A DNA stretch of 64,000 bases from Octopus sinensis. Taxonomy: Eukaryota. The stretch spans positions 1,194-65,193 of the forward strand of contig NW_021831829.1 of the NCBI RefSeq assembly GCF_006345805.1, given 5' to 3'. This document shows positions 40,643 through 54,067 of the stretch, in pieces. A model generated the notes under the pieces. The model saw nothing but the letters and a program-made list of their open reading frames with translations, was not told the DNA's origin and made no database searches. The position numbers were made by a program, and so were the translations under genes. The first letter of the stretch is position 1; each line of letters starts with the position of its first letter.

Positions 40643-40790
40643 TGGGCCTCATTGATACCTAACGCAGATACCAGGAAACCCCAAAATGGCAGAAATTCAA
40701 AAGATAGTGCTCGTGGAAACTGCTCATATCCTACACAAAATACTTTCTATGTAATCTCGAGTTTTAAAACAAACATAATTTTCGTATTAT
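40640..40790 (+). mobile_element. Second R4/Dong-like C-terminal fragment, head-to-head with the previous one
   Basis: YLTQIPGNPKMAEIQKIVLVETAHILHKILSM*. Confidence 0.75.
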
Positions 40791-40819
40791 TATCATTATA
40801 ATTATTATTATTATTATTA

Positions 40820-40868
<49 letters not shown>

Positions 40869-41157
40869 CATTATTATTATAGCAGCAGCAGTAGTTCTAG
40901 TAGTAGTAGGAGTAGGAGTAGTAGTAGTAGTAGGAGGAGGAGGAGGAGGAGGATGACGAGTATGCTTTCCTCTTGAGCAGCAAATAAAATTTACCGCTAA
41001 GATAGCAACGTCAATAAAACACACAGAACTGGTAATCAAAGACTTAATGCAATCATTAAAGAATAATGGTGAATTGCATCAATTTAAACGGAATATACTC
41101 GAAACAATAGTAACTAAAATGTAATTATGCACGGTAGGTGTTAATTTCTCAGCTCTA
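40790..41157 (-). repeat. Unclassified retroelement-like end with a trinucleotide tail (inverted copy at 43848-44100)
   Basis: gatagcaacgtcaataaaacacacagaact...gtaattatgcacgg is the reverse complement of 43870-44010. Confidence 0.6.
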
Positions 41158-41367
41158 TAAGAAACAGGAATCTCTGAACAAAGTATAAATAAATATAAAA
41201 TAAAATATGTTGTAATTATCTACGAAATAAATTAAAAAGGGAATTGCATAGATAAATTTTACAGGAAAAAATAAACTGAAATGTGCTGAGTTCGAGTTAT
41301 GGTAGTGAGACAAGAGATTCATGCGCAATAAAAGTTAGAGAAAACGGAAGGCATCGTCAAATGTTCT

Positions 41368-41757
41368 TATTTCTTTATTGCCCACAAGGAGCTAAACATA
41401 GAGGGGACAAACAAGGACAGACAAAGGGGTTATGTCGATTACATCGACCCTAGTGCGTAACTGGTACTCAATTTATCGACGCCGAATGGATGAAAGGCAA
41501 AGTCTACCTCAGCGGAATTTAAACACAGAATGTAAAGATAGACGAAATACCTATTTCTTTACTACCCACAGAGGGCTAAACACAGAGGGGACAAACAAGG
41601 ACATACAAATGGATTAAGTTGATTATATCGACCCGAGTGCGTAACTGGTACTTATTTAATCGACCCCGAATGGATGAATGGCAAAGTCGACCTCGGCAGA
41701 ATTTGATCTCAGAACGTAGTCGCAGACCGGCGTGCTAGCTATTCTGCCAGCTCGCCG
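41368..41757 (-). mobile_element. SINE A1 dimer
   Basis: Junction gacgaaatac|ctatttctttactaccc at 41550/41551. Confidence 0.9.
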
Positions 41758-42422
41758 ATAGAGTCTACTAAGGACTTGGGGAAAACAAATAAGAAAAATA
41801 TGCTGCGCGTAGAGCAAAAAAAAATTGGGGAGAAGTATAGACGGTGAAGAAATCAGTACAAGTAATAATTTCTGTAGACACAAACAAAGCTTGTTGATTA
41901 AAGTTAAGCAGAGGATGCAAAAAGCCTGGAAGCGTTATGCTTCTAAACTTGGTTTCATTAAATGTTTTGAGAATAACTACGGATCAGGTTGGCAGTAATT
42001 TTCTATGTCCAAATGTGAAATTCTAGGGAATCCTCACAGATGCCACTGTAGTTTTCAATGCATTGCCATTCGGTTGTGGTGTCTGTGAACCATACATCTG
42101 CTTTTAAAATAAATACAGCTGAGCTAACAATATTCCCGTGTTATCTTTTACGTGTTTCAGTCACTGGTCTGCGACCATGCTGGAGTACCTGGAGTATTTA
42201 TTGCGTTGGAGGCGAATAAATTGCTGCATGTGCTAATGTTTTAAGCCAGCTGTTTAGTGAGTATGTTCCTTTTTGTCCACCCAATAAGTTGCGAGTAGAA
42301 ATAAGAGTCGTTTTGACTCTTATTTCTTGCAATTCTGTTACCACTGTCACTTCAGTGACATATATTAATATGCCTTTAGGTTGTTAAATTGCTAAGTCAC
42401 CAGATTATATATGCATATATAT

Positions 42423-42473
<51 letters not shown>

Positions 42474-42930
42474 CATATAAATAAAAGAGGCAGGTAACAG
42501 GTTGCTTAGCCACATACCGAAAAATTAGAAATAGCAGTCACAGACTGTATATTTCTATTTTCTACAAATGAGACTCCACATACGATATATCCCTGTAATT
42601 CACATATGCAAAACAGAAGGAAGAAGTAACGAAAGCAAAGTCTAATGGTTATTTACGAACGTGTTTCTAGATTAGGAATATATTATAAATGCCATGTCTT
42701 TCATCAGCGTAAACCTCCACTAAAATAGATTTATCAAATGCTACGTACCTCCTCTTCTCAATCAGGCGACATCGAAAGGCCTCTTTTATTTATATACAAA
42801 ATATATATTGAACTTTTATAGAAGTTCCTACCGTTAATGGTTATATTTACATGCCGAAATCTAGCCGTAAATAATTGTTGTTTTTTTTAAAAACCATTAA
42901 AGTTATTATTTACTCTTATTATATTATATT

Positions 42931-42968
<38 letters not shown>

Positions 42969-42973
42969 GACAC

Positions 42974-43068
<95 letters not shown>

Positions 43069-43847
43069 TTTAGAGATAGTAAGCTCCTTCATCCCACCAT
43101 ATAAAAGAATTATAATTTAAATACTTACTACTTTACAACTTGGCTACACGTGTTTCTTGAGGTACATTTCCCGGTTCCTTAACCACGCTGTATTTTGCTG
43201 GAACCATTCATAAAATATAACCCCAATCATCAGGTCCCTATATCACTTTCTCCTAGTTTGATACTATAAACAATATTTTAATATTTTAAACAAATAAGTA
43301 TGTGTAAAATAGGTTCGCCGGACCCTGCTGTATAAGCCATAATTTAATTCAAAGAAAAAATTACAAAAATTAAATTAAAAAAATAAAGATGAAAATAAAA
43401 AATATGAATAAAAATAAAAAATTAAAATTTACAAAAACTATTTTCTTACGTAACAATTGGCAAGCTTTGTGATTGTACAGAAATTATCATCTGTAATGAT
43501 TTTTACACCATCTATACTTCTCCCAAAATATATTCTACTGATCTCGCTCTTTGCGCAGCATATTTTTCTATTTTCTTTTCTCTCAGTTCTTACTAAAATC
43601 TATCTGCAAATACTTACATAATATACTCAGAAATCTGACGTCGATTTTCGGTCACTCTAACTCATTATATTTTGGGCATGAATCCCTTGTCTCATTTTCA
43701 TAACTTCGCACATTTAGTTTTTTTTTTATATATTCCTGCAAAATTTATCTATGCAACTCCCTTTTTAATTTATTTCGTAGATGATGACAACATATTAATT
43801 TATTTCATATTTGTTTATACGTTGTTTAGAGATTCCTGTTTCTAACA

Positions 43848-44100
43848 GAGCTGGGAAACTAACACCTTCCGTGCATAATTACTTTTAGTTACCATTGTTT
43901 CAAATATATTCCGCTTAAATTAGTGCAATTGTTTGATATTCATTTATGATTGCATTAAGAGTTTGATTGCAAGTTCTGTGTGTGTTTATTGACGTTGCTA
44001 TCCTATCGGTAAATATATTTGCTGGTCTCGTGAAAAGTATACTACTACTACTACTACTACTACTACTATTACTACTATTACTAATACTACTACTAATTAT
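43848..44100 (+). repeat. Copy of the unclassified element end with a (TAC)n tail
   Basis: Inverted homologue of 40960-41157. Confidence 0.6.
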
Positions 44101-44102
44101 TA

Positions 44103-44305
44103 AGGCGGGAAGCTGGCACGATCGTTCGCACGCCGAATGGACAATAGTTAGCGGCATTTCTCCCGTCTACACGTTTTCAATTCAAATTGTGCGGCGATTG
44201 AGTTTGCTGTAGATACCAGTTTAATATTGGTGTCGATGTACTCAATTTACGCCCCCCTCCCCAAAATTGATGACCAGGTGCCAACATTTGAGACTGTTAT
44301 TATTT
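44103..44305 (+). mobile_element. SINE A2, internally deleted
   Basis: aaggcgggaagctggcacgatcgttcgcacgccg...aaaattgatgaccaggtgccaacatttgag. Confidence 0.7.
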
Positions 44306-44328
44306 TATCATCATATGCATGTGTGTCA

Positions 44329-44389
<61 letters not shown>

Positions 44390-45399
44390 TGTGTGTATGT
44401 ATGTATGTATGTCTTGTAGACAAAGAGAGAAATGAATAGATAACTATATTAGAAGGAAGAAAGAATTATATATTGGAGAGAGGAATTAAGGGATTTTTAT
44501 TAACAACTAGAGTAGATGTAGGGAAGGAAATACAAAAAGAAAAAGAGAAAAAGATAATAATGAGTGCTAGATGCTGCTGAAGATATTATAAGGAGGAGAA
44601 CTATCAACAGATAAAAGGAACAAGAGGAGGGATAGAAAGAAGAGATAAGAAGATAAGAAAGGTGCATGTGTGAGACGTTGGCGGTGGTGGGGGTATGTGT
44701 AGAAAAACACTGAGGGGGGAGATAGATAAAGAATATGGTACAGAGGGGAGAGGGGTACTAAATGTGAGTAGCAAACGTCATATTCTTGCTATCATCACTT
44801 CTAAAATGTGTGGCTGGTTCTACACAAGCCTTCGACACTCGAATCAAACATATGTGTGGGTTTCCTGGCAACGTACATTTATCCATTCAATACGACACAG
44901 CTTCAGCTTTCAAAAATCAAGATGTCCTCTGGTGGGAGATTGAAAGGGGCAGGGACAGGTAAATGATATTACTTGGATCCTCTACACAGTCGGCGACCAT
45001 TGGGTGATGGCCGTTCCAGCACAGACCTTGTGAGTAAATGTACTGTCCGTGTACTCCAGTGGAGACAAAGGACATCTATTTAGACACAGCACTGCTTCCC
45101 CAGCTGTGAGAGGGGCGAGAAAAGGAGCCTCAAACATTGCTTACTCACATTAAACTATGTGCGATGGATAAATTGTCGCCATTTTACATTTTTTATTTCA
45201 TGTATGTGCATCGTTTGTTTTTGGTTTTGTCGACTACACGGTATAGTAGGGTCAGTTGGGTACCGTCTGCGAATAACACAGCACCAAGAGGCAATTCACT
45301 CTGCGAGAAGTTTGGAAAAGGCATGCCGTACCCCTTGGCATTCACACCGGACGCTCAAATACGAACATTTCAGAGTATTTGAGAGTCACTCTGAGGACA

Positions 45400-46028
45400 T
45401 GTACCGAGAGCGACAAAAATCAAACATCCAGTCAATATGGTGTTCCGAGCGATCACTTGTGATAGCGACATTATGTCTCCATTCATCACCGCACATGACC
45501 TATGACGCAATACACAGGCCTACATCAAATGCTTTACATGAGTTAATGCTTGCTGCTCTAAATGAAGAGAGTGGCTGTTGGAAAACCCCATGTCTGGCAA
45601 CAAGACTCTGCACCATACCACACAAGCAAGAGAACCCAGTCATGGCTGTAAGACGATTTCTGCGACCACATCACCCCTAACATCTGGGCATCTAGCTCCC
45701 CACACTGCACCCGCTTTATTATTATGTGGGGGGCGCAGTTGAGTGAGAGACCACCAAAACTCCTTGTAACACTAAAGATGAACTGAAGGCAAGGATTATG
45801 GCAGTATTCACCAGCTAAACAAGGAGACCGACCAGAAGAGTTGCAGAGATTCCGAAGACATCTGGATGCCGTGGTTGAAGCCAATGGCGATTTTATTGCA
45901 TAAATTTATCTTTATCATTTGAAAATATTTTTATGTAATTTTGGTAAATATGTCTGTTAAAATGAAATGTCAGTGTTATTTTCATTTTTGCGTAATTTAG
46001 ACGACAATATATTCACGACACCCTGTAT
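45400..46028 (+). mobile_element. 3' half of the same maT-like Tc1/mariner family as 3187-4260
   Basis: KHPVNMVFRAITCDSDIMSPFI..., WQQDSAPYHTS, DHITPNIW; ends CACCCTGTA-TA. Confidence 0.8.
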
Positions 46029-46389
46029 ATGTATATACTGTGTTAACGTTCTCCGACCTCTTAAATGCAGCATTTGTGTTCTGAAACTGTTGACACCGCC
46101 TTAGGGTATGATACTGTCCAGTGTCAAGACCATAACAGTATTTGTAATGGCACCTGCAGATGCATGTATGTTTCATGTACTTGTGTGTGAATCTTTTGTA
46201 TCTTGCGTATCTGAGTTTGTAAGCTGCCCTTCTCTGTATTTCTATTTCTAGTTTTCGTAGGATTAAAATTAATTATGGGTTATTGCTTACAGGGTTTATG
46301 GTGGTTTTGTTGCATCTATAAGAATAAATGTACGTGCGTTTGTGTATATCATATGCATATTAGTATATCTAAGTTTTGATGGAGAGATA

Positions 46390-46435
46390 GCTATCTAGAT
46401 AGATAAATAGATAGATAGATAGATAGATAGGTAGG

Positions 46436-46491
<56 letters not shown>

Positions 46492-46527
46492 AATATAGAA
46501 AGGTAGGTAGGTAGGTTGGTAAGTAGG

Positions 46528-46567
<40 letters not shown>

Positions 46568-46592
46568 CAGATAGACAGATAGATAGATAGAT

Positions 46593-46632
<40 letters not shown>

Positions 46633-46760
46633 ATAGATAAATAAATAGATGAAGAGATAGATAGATAGATAGATAGATGGATGGATAGATAGATAGATAC
46701 ATAGATAGATAGGTAGGTAGATAGATAGATAGATAGATAGAGAGAGAGAGGGGGGGGGTT
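46390..46760. repeat. (GATA)n microsatellite
   Basis: Directly visible; source of the SIYL ORFs. Confidence 0.95.
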
Positions 46761-48029
46761 ATGTCTTTTGGCCATTTATATCGACGAGGAGAAAATATTA
46801 TACGTTCTTAGGAATGAAATTCACTGTTAACTTCACCGTATTTAGTGCAGAAAATTTATGGTAGTCTCTTTGGAAACCTATAAACAACGATGTAAATTTC
46901 ACAATTTGCCAAATATGAACAAGTATACAACTTATTTAGATGAATCGAGAAATATTTATATAATGATGGAAAGAAAATTATGAAGTAAAGTCTTTATCTA
47001 ACATTGATGGTCTTAATTTAATAATTCGAACTCATTTCTCAAATTTCTATATTTTCATTGCCTTTACCAAAAGCATCAGCTGTGCTTTGACGTGATATGA
47101 ACTGCAGAGACTTGCTTCGTCGCTATTTCTCTGTTTTAAATTTAAAATAACAAATGCAGATCTGCCAATATTCTGGGTCAATAATGAAAACATTGTCCAC
47201 TTCTCTTACATCAATAATATACCCTCTCCCATGAGCAAAACATGAGAAACACAATAGGATATCCCGCCAGATATCAATATGTGACCTTCTGCATATGAAA
47301 GAAATCAATATATTTTTGTTGGTTCTTCGTTTCATTTCACCATTTCCTTTTATCTCTCTCAAATTTCGTGAGTCGATGAACAGAAATATTTTCCTATATC
47401 CTTTTATGTTTTAGAACTCGCTTCTTTTTGCTTCTAGACATCGACCAGTGTGGCCCATTTTGTATCTAGATTCATAAATTTAAACTAATACTTCAATATG
47501 TTAAATCGATGTAAATGCAAGTAAGTTACCATCTTTTATTTTTCAAAAAATGTATCTTTGCTTTATTATAGACAATATTCATAATTCAATGGCTGTCTGA
47601 TTATATGAATTAGTAGTAAAATTTGTATTTCTTCTAACTGTTTCTTTTTTTTTTTTAGATTTGCTTTTAACAACAAACGGCAGACATTTATTTGTTATTC
47701 ATTTGTATTTCCATTAAATGCTTCTCGGGAAATTACTTATACTCAATTGAGTTTTAGATTTTAAATAATTTGAGTTCATATATTTTTCTTATTTCGACCG
47801 AAAGATTGCTTTGACTATCATAACAGACATGTTACGTATCTCTCTAATTATAGCATTTTAAGCACATTGTCTTGCATCTATGTCTGTCAAAACTAATAAT
47901 TTCCCAGGGGTAACGACCCTTCACTAAAGTATTAGCGCCCTTATCGTGCATTAAAGTACGAATAGTTTCAAGAATATACGTCCTTCACATTTTTAGGTAA
48001 CTTCATGTAGGTGAGATTTATGAGGATGG

Positions 48030-48420
48030 TTTTTGGTTTACAAATTTATCGGTCAACATCAACATGAAAATCATCGGAGGAGAGGGAATTCCAGATGACT
48101 GACCTTTTGACGAAGTAAGATTGAGAAGATGGCTAGAGTTTGGTATGAGCGAAAATACTGGAAATATATAAGGAGAGGTATGCATATAACACCTGAGTAG
48201 CAGATTGTTATGGTGGAAGTAGAAAGGGTTAATTATAAACGCAATGTGTCTGTAAGCTGCGGTTCAGAGTCTGTTACGTTTCGAAAGTTTGCCAGTTAAT
48301 TGGATCACTTTCCGTTCTGTTTCTCTACTCAATGTGTAGCCTGATTACGTACGTGGGAGCTAATATTCCTTTGGAACTTACAGGAACTTTGTAGGGAACA
48401 GAAGTAAACTCTAGTTCTGA
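48030..48420 (-). mobile_element. Old CR1/Jockey-group LINE 3' fragment
   Basis: Minus strand RSVIWNSLSSDDF resembles the conserved terminal WNSLP motif; the upstream frames are only weakly similar. Confidence 0.45.
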
Positions 48421-48884
48421 AGAGGAAACTTGATGTTTGGGAAGTAGTTTGTACTATGCTATGTACATACCATGCTTAGTAATTTGAGGCCTAAAACTTT
48501 TAACGACTTTAAGGCTTTGGATATTACCTAGAACGGATAACAACGAAAAATATAATATTGTTTCTATTAAGTGCGTAGTGAATCTGTCCTGTTGTTGCAC
48601 AATAAAATATTGTTAATATCTCCAGTATTTACCAAACGCAGTATCAGTTTTAATTAAATTACAGAATGTTAAGTGTGAAAACTGTCATACATTTAGTATG
48701 GTAAACTAGAATTTCAAATATACAGGTTGTTTAAATTAAATGCAAACGATGGAGAATATATTCGGAAAATACCTGAATTCTAAGAAAATGGTCATAGCCT
48801 GCATCCGAAAGCTACTTGAACATTTCGATAAGCTCACTACCCTGACAAGTGTATAACCTAAATTTTCGGACTCATTATAGATTT

Positions 48885-49316
48885 AATTCTAAATTTTGGC
48901 ACAAGCCAGGAATTTGGGAGAAGAGGATATGTCGATTACATCGACCCCGATACTCAACGAGTACGTATTTTATCGGCCCCAAAAGGGACCGCGGTGAAAT
49001 TTGGACTCAGAACATGAAGACGGACGAAAAATCCTTAAGAATTTCGCCCGGCGTGCTTAACGATTTTGCAAGCTCGCCGGCTTTTATCTTATTTATAGAT
49101 ATTGATTTCAAATTTTGGCACAGGATCAGCTAGTTCAAGGGAGAAATTAAGTCGATTACGTTGACGCCAGTGCTTAACTGGAACTTATTTTATCGACCCC
49201 GAAGGTATGAAAGGGAAAGTCGACGTCGGCCGGATTTCAACTCAAAACACGAAGACGGACGAAACACTGCTAAGTATTTTACCCGGCGTGCTAACGATCC
49301 TGCCGGCTCCCCGCCT
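48885..49316 (-). mobile_element. Two adjacent SINE A2 copies (48885-49083 and 49105-49316)
   Basis: Each has aaattttggcacaag...cgattac.t.gac.cc...actcagaac...gacggacgaaa...cccggcgtgct. Confidence 0.85.
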
Positions 49317-49386
49317 CAGATCTTCTTATAGATAATATTAGCTTCCTTGACTGTACCTTGAAATACTGTTTGTTTTTATAAGTATA

Positions 49387-49785
49387 CTAGCAGTATCGCC
49401 CGGCGTTGCTCGGGTTTGTAAGGGAAATAACTATATAAGCATTTTTAGAGAGTTATAGCCAAAAAATAGCAAAATAAATGCATTAAAAATGGAAAAAAAA
49501 TTATGGTAATTTTTTTTTTAAATCGTTGACTCATCGTAGACATTTTTAGAGAGTTACTTCCCTTATATAATAACGAAAAAATGCATTAAAATGGAAAAAA
49601 ATGATGGTAAATTATTTTTAAAATCGTAGACACATCGTAGACGCGCGCTAATACCCAGAAGGGCTCGATATGAATCACGACTATAAGATACCCGGTTTTG
49701 GTTAAACTGCACCGCAAAATGTGGGAGTAGTTATGAATCTAAATCGTAGGAGACAGACACACAACTTCACTTTTATATATAAAGA
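49387..49785 (-). mobile_element. Non-autonomous Helitron, copy 2
   Basis: A|TC...CTAG|T termini and hairpin; near-identical to 12096-12493. Confidence 0.85.
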
Positions 49786-50701
49786 TATAAATGGGAAATC
49801 TAGTAGTTTTAATAGAGAAATAGACTTGCGAATTTATACAAGTTTTTGTCAGTGTTGTTACCGTTGCTTTTGTAATTGCCGTTGCTATTGCTGTTGTTTT
49901 TGTTGTTGTGTTTGTTTTTGTGGTTTAGTTAGTCCGTGGCACCTGTTTGTCTCATTGCAAGCGATATTGTTTTGCATAGATGAAACAAAGTCGCTGTTTG
50001 ACGAGGTGGAGAGACCCACTAACCTTGCACAAACATACAATCAAAGATAGTCTTGTCATTAATTACCCCAGCCCCCGCGGAAGAGTGACTACTGCGATTA
50101 TTTCATTTCTATATCATATTGCATCTACAAGAACATCTGATATCGATAAAACGAAGGTGGTTCTAACAGCTTTTATGTGATGCTGGATGGTGAGAACGGA
50201 CTCTTCCAGGATATAATTATTCCATTTTTAACACAAATTCAGATGAAGTCATTTCTTATTTAATTACAGCTCTGAAATTTAATGCAACGTTGGAAGCGTT
50301 TGTCAGACTCTAATTGAAGTAATTTCAATTCTCTTTAAATGTAAGTGAAATTGTTTAGAATTTTTTTCTTTTCCTTTTTTTTTGTAATATCACAAACATT
50401 TCATCTTCTAAAATTATTATCAAAACAGCTATTGTTGTTTAGTTTCAAATTAAGATATATCCTGGAACGTAGCTGTAGGGGGCCACACGCCTTGTATTGT
50501 ATCAAACAGTATAATGTCCGTGGCACCTGTTTGTCTCATTGCAAGCGATATTGTTTTGCATAGATGAAACAAAGTCGCTGTTTGACGAGGTGGAGAGACC
50601 ACATAAACGTTTTTCCCAATGTCGGTTCGTTATTCATATAGTTGTTGCAGTACTTGTTGTTACTGTTATTGGTTGTTGTTGTTGTTGTCTGCTAATCTTA
50701 C

Positions 50702-50872
50702 TTGCTGCGGCATTCATCTGGACTGTGTCGAGTGGGTTCCGACCAACAAGTTTATCATGTCCCTCACGAATTCTTACTACATCTGTCAGTTGGCTCTTAG
50801 CTTCCAGCAGGTAAAGTAATGCTCCTCCCTGCGGCCCAAAATCTCCATCTGACATATTCGACAAATGCTCCA
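50702..50872 (-). CDS. Candidate 171-bp internal exon of an unidentified gene
   Basis: Acceptor ACTTTCTCTCCCAG|, donor CAA|GTAAGA, length divisible by 3, open frame EHLSNMSDGDFGPQGGALLYLLEAKSQLTDVVRIREGHDKLVGRNPLDTVQMNAAA, GC-richer than its flanks. No homologue recognised; could be a LINE relic. Confidence 0.3.
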
Positions 50873-51466
50873 CTGGGAGAGAAAGTACGTCCGACAGTGC
50901 GGACGCTGTAAACGTAGAAGTCATTCACTGTTGAAGTGTACAGTTCATGTTCGGAGTTTCATTGGGAATACAAGTTCACATGTGGTACCTGGTCACATGT
51001 ATACACACTTTGGTACCTTGTGATCCATAGCAGCTCATGGTACCGGTGATTGTCAAACATAGCACTGATATTGTTGTGCTTTCATCCCTAGTCACGCTTG
51101 ATAGACCAGACATACAACAAAAGACATTCCATTTTAAGAAGTAACCACCCTATTTTAAGAATATATCGACGACAAACTTCTTTACACACAATGACCTTGC
51201 TTTATTAAAGCAGATGATGTGTTTGGAGAGACATTTAGCTGCTATTTCTGGCATTAGATATTACATGTTATGACAAACTAGATAACATTATTCGAAACTA
51301 GGACCACTATCTAACCAACATCCAAGCTTTTAAATGATATATTTCCATGATTACCTCACGAACGTCATTAAATTTTTATTTCAAATATTGGCACAAGTCC
51401 AGCAATTGCGGATGGGAAAAGGTGCAAGTTGATTACATCAACCCTAGTGCTCAACTAGTCCTTATT

Positions 51467-52048
51467 TTTATTACTTTATTGGCCAGAGGGGACTAAACAT
51501 AGAGGAGACAAACAAGGACAAAGGGATTAAATCGATTACATCAATCTCAGTGCGTAATCTATCGACCCCGAAAGAATGAAAGGCGAAGTTGACCTTAGCA
51601 AATTTTGAACTCAGAAGGTAGCGGCAGACGAAATACCTATTTCTTTACTACCCACAAGGGGATAAACACAGAGGGGACAAACAAGGACAGACAAATGGAT
51701 TGAGTCGATTATATCGACCTCAGTGCGTAACTGGTACTTAATGTATCGACCCCGAAAGAATGAAAGGCAAAGTTGACCTCGGCACAATTTGAACTCAGAA
51801 CGTAACGGCAGATGAAATACCTCTTTCTTTACTACTCACAAGGGGCTAAACACAAAGGGGACGAACAAGGACAGACAAACGGATTTTCGATTATATCGAC
51901 CCCAGTGCGTAACTGGTACTTATTCAATCGACCTCAAAAGATGAAAGGCAAAGTCGACCTCGGCGGAATTTGAACTCAGAACGTAGCGGCAGACGAAATA
52001 CCGCTAAACAATTCGCCTGGTGTGCTAACTATTCTGCCAGCTCGCTCC
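51467..52048 (-). mobile_element. SINE A1 trimer (184-bp period), flanked by partial A copies (51385-51465 and 52060-52165)
   Basis: Junctions at 51636/51637 and 51820/51821, both gaaatac|ct.tttctttactac. Confidence 0.9.
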
Positions 52049-53511
52049 GAGGGTTTGAAATGCAAAGTCGACCTCGGCGGAATTCGAACTCAGAAAATAA
52101 ACGCGGACGAAATGCTATCAAGCATTTAACCCGGCGAGCTAACGATTCTACCAGATCGCCGCCTTAAACCGTCATTAAGTAGTGTTAAGAAACTACTAAA
52201 TATTAATAAAAGTACACCCTGTGAAATACACGGCACACTCAATATATAAGATGTTTGAGTAAGACAAAGAGAAAATGGTGGAATATATCCAAAAGAAAAC
52301 TTTGAAACTTCGCTATTTTATTGAACCTACAAACAGTTATTGATTGGGAAACAACTCTAGGGGAAAATAAGATTCTAGCAAATTAAATTACCATTGCGTT
52401 CCGAACACTTAAATTAAACATGATCGTGTCAATCTGTTTCGCTGGAGACCTTATTTATACTTAGATGTGAGACGGACCAGAAGCCAAAGATCAATAATGT
52501 TCAATATTATCAATTGCCAACCGACCCCCCCCCCTCATACCCACAAAAAAAGGAATGGAAAATAAGGGAAGAAGAAAATAAAAAAACAATGTAAAAGATT
52601 TGTTGATTATGTCGATCAAAGGTATTATTCAGAAATATTTCTTGATAAACATATTTTTTTTATAAATACATTAAATTTTCCAAAACTTCAAAACGAGTTA
52701 TAAACATAAAAGAAGCCGTGTATGTATAGGATTTGATTTTGTATGTAAACTGTGTGTGTGTGTGCGTGTGTGTGTGTGTGTGTGTGTGCTTCTCTATGTC
52801 TGTGTGTTCGGTAATATATCTACAAGCGAGTGTTTTTGTGTGCGTATATATGATTTATGATAAAGAATAGATTTATCTCCAAAGAAGAGTATGGGTTTTA
52901 TTCATCCTTTTTTTTTATTGAAGTCTATGAAACTTTATCGAATTCAGCGTATGTTGTAAGATTATATATATTCTATTATATTGTCATATCTTGGAATATT
53001 TATCTGTTTTACATTTGCTAGTTATGCTAAACTGTTGGAATTATCAATCAGAATATTTGTGATATCACAAATATAATCATCTCTATAGATAGATTATTTC
53101 AATCACTAAACTCTATAAAGTGACCTATTCATTGTAAAGAGGTTACTACTTGGTAATGCAAAAGTCATGAATAATAATTAATAACATTATATTTTGTCTT
53201 GTAAAAAATAATATGAGGAACCAAGGTTTAAATTTATACATTGTATATCACAATACCGCAAATAAAATGAGTTAAAGCGGCCGCTTATGTCGTAGTATTC
53301 AAACCCTAAACCTGTCGATTCCACGAAAAGTAACTGCAAAGGCTTCGCAGCTAAACAACTCTGTTTTGTTTGTTTGTTTTTTAATTGGGTTTTTTTTGTT
53401 CTTTTTTTTTGTTGTTTTTTTTTATTTTCAGAAGTAGAGTAGCTAGAACCATATATTACAAAGAATTCTCTTTCATAGATATGAGTGCGTGATATGAATG
53501 ATTTTAAAGAT

Positions 53512-53810
53512 ATATTCTGTTGTCTCTGGGGAGAGTCATTTTCTTTTTGTTTTGTTTTTTTTTGTGCCTTATGATATAACACACTCACTGGTAAAATTTC
53601 CATTTTGTTTTTCTTATTTTTATTTTCCTAAAATTTTCCTTGCGTCTTGCAACCTTTCCATTAGTTTTGACTCTCTACTGAAAAGTTTGCAAGACGCAAC
53701 GAACATTTTAGGAAAATTAAAATAAGAAAAAAAAGTGGAAATTTTACCGGTAAGTGTGTTATATTATAATGCAAAAAAAAAAATGACTTTCCCCAGACAC
53801 AACAGAATAT
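53512..53810. repeat. Foldback with roughly 125-140-bp imperfect arms and a 34-nt loop
   Basis: atattctgttgt.tctggggagagtcatttt...ttgcgtcttgcaa versus ttgcaagacgcaa...aaatgactttccccagacacaacagaatat. Confidence 0.85.
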
Positions 53811-54067
53811 GCTTCAACACACGAACTCACATAAAGAATCTTGCAAACCAAATCCAAAACCGAAATTTAAAAAATATATCTAACAGGTAAAGGAATCATT
53901 TAGATTACCATCAAAACAGATTATGGATCAGACTATGTATGAAATAGGTCTATAGATATATTGAGTTTCTTGTAAGTGAATACGTCAAATTTGAAGTTCT
54001 GTTATAGTGTGACCATCGTCATATTTCAGAGATCTTTTTCATTAAACCAAATATTATTATGAGGAGA

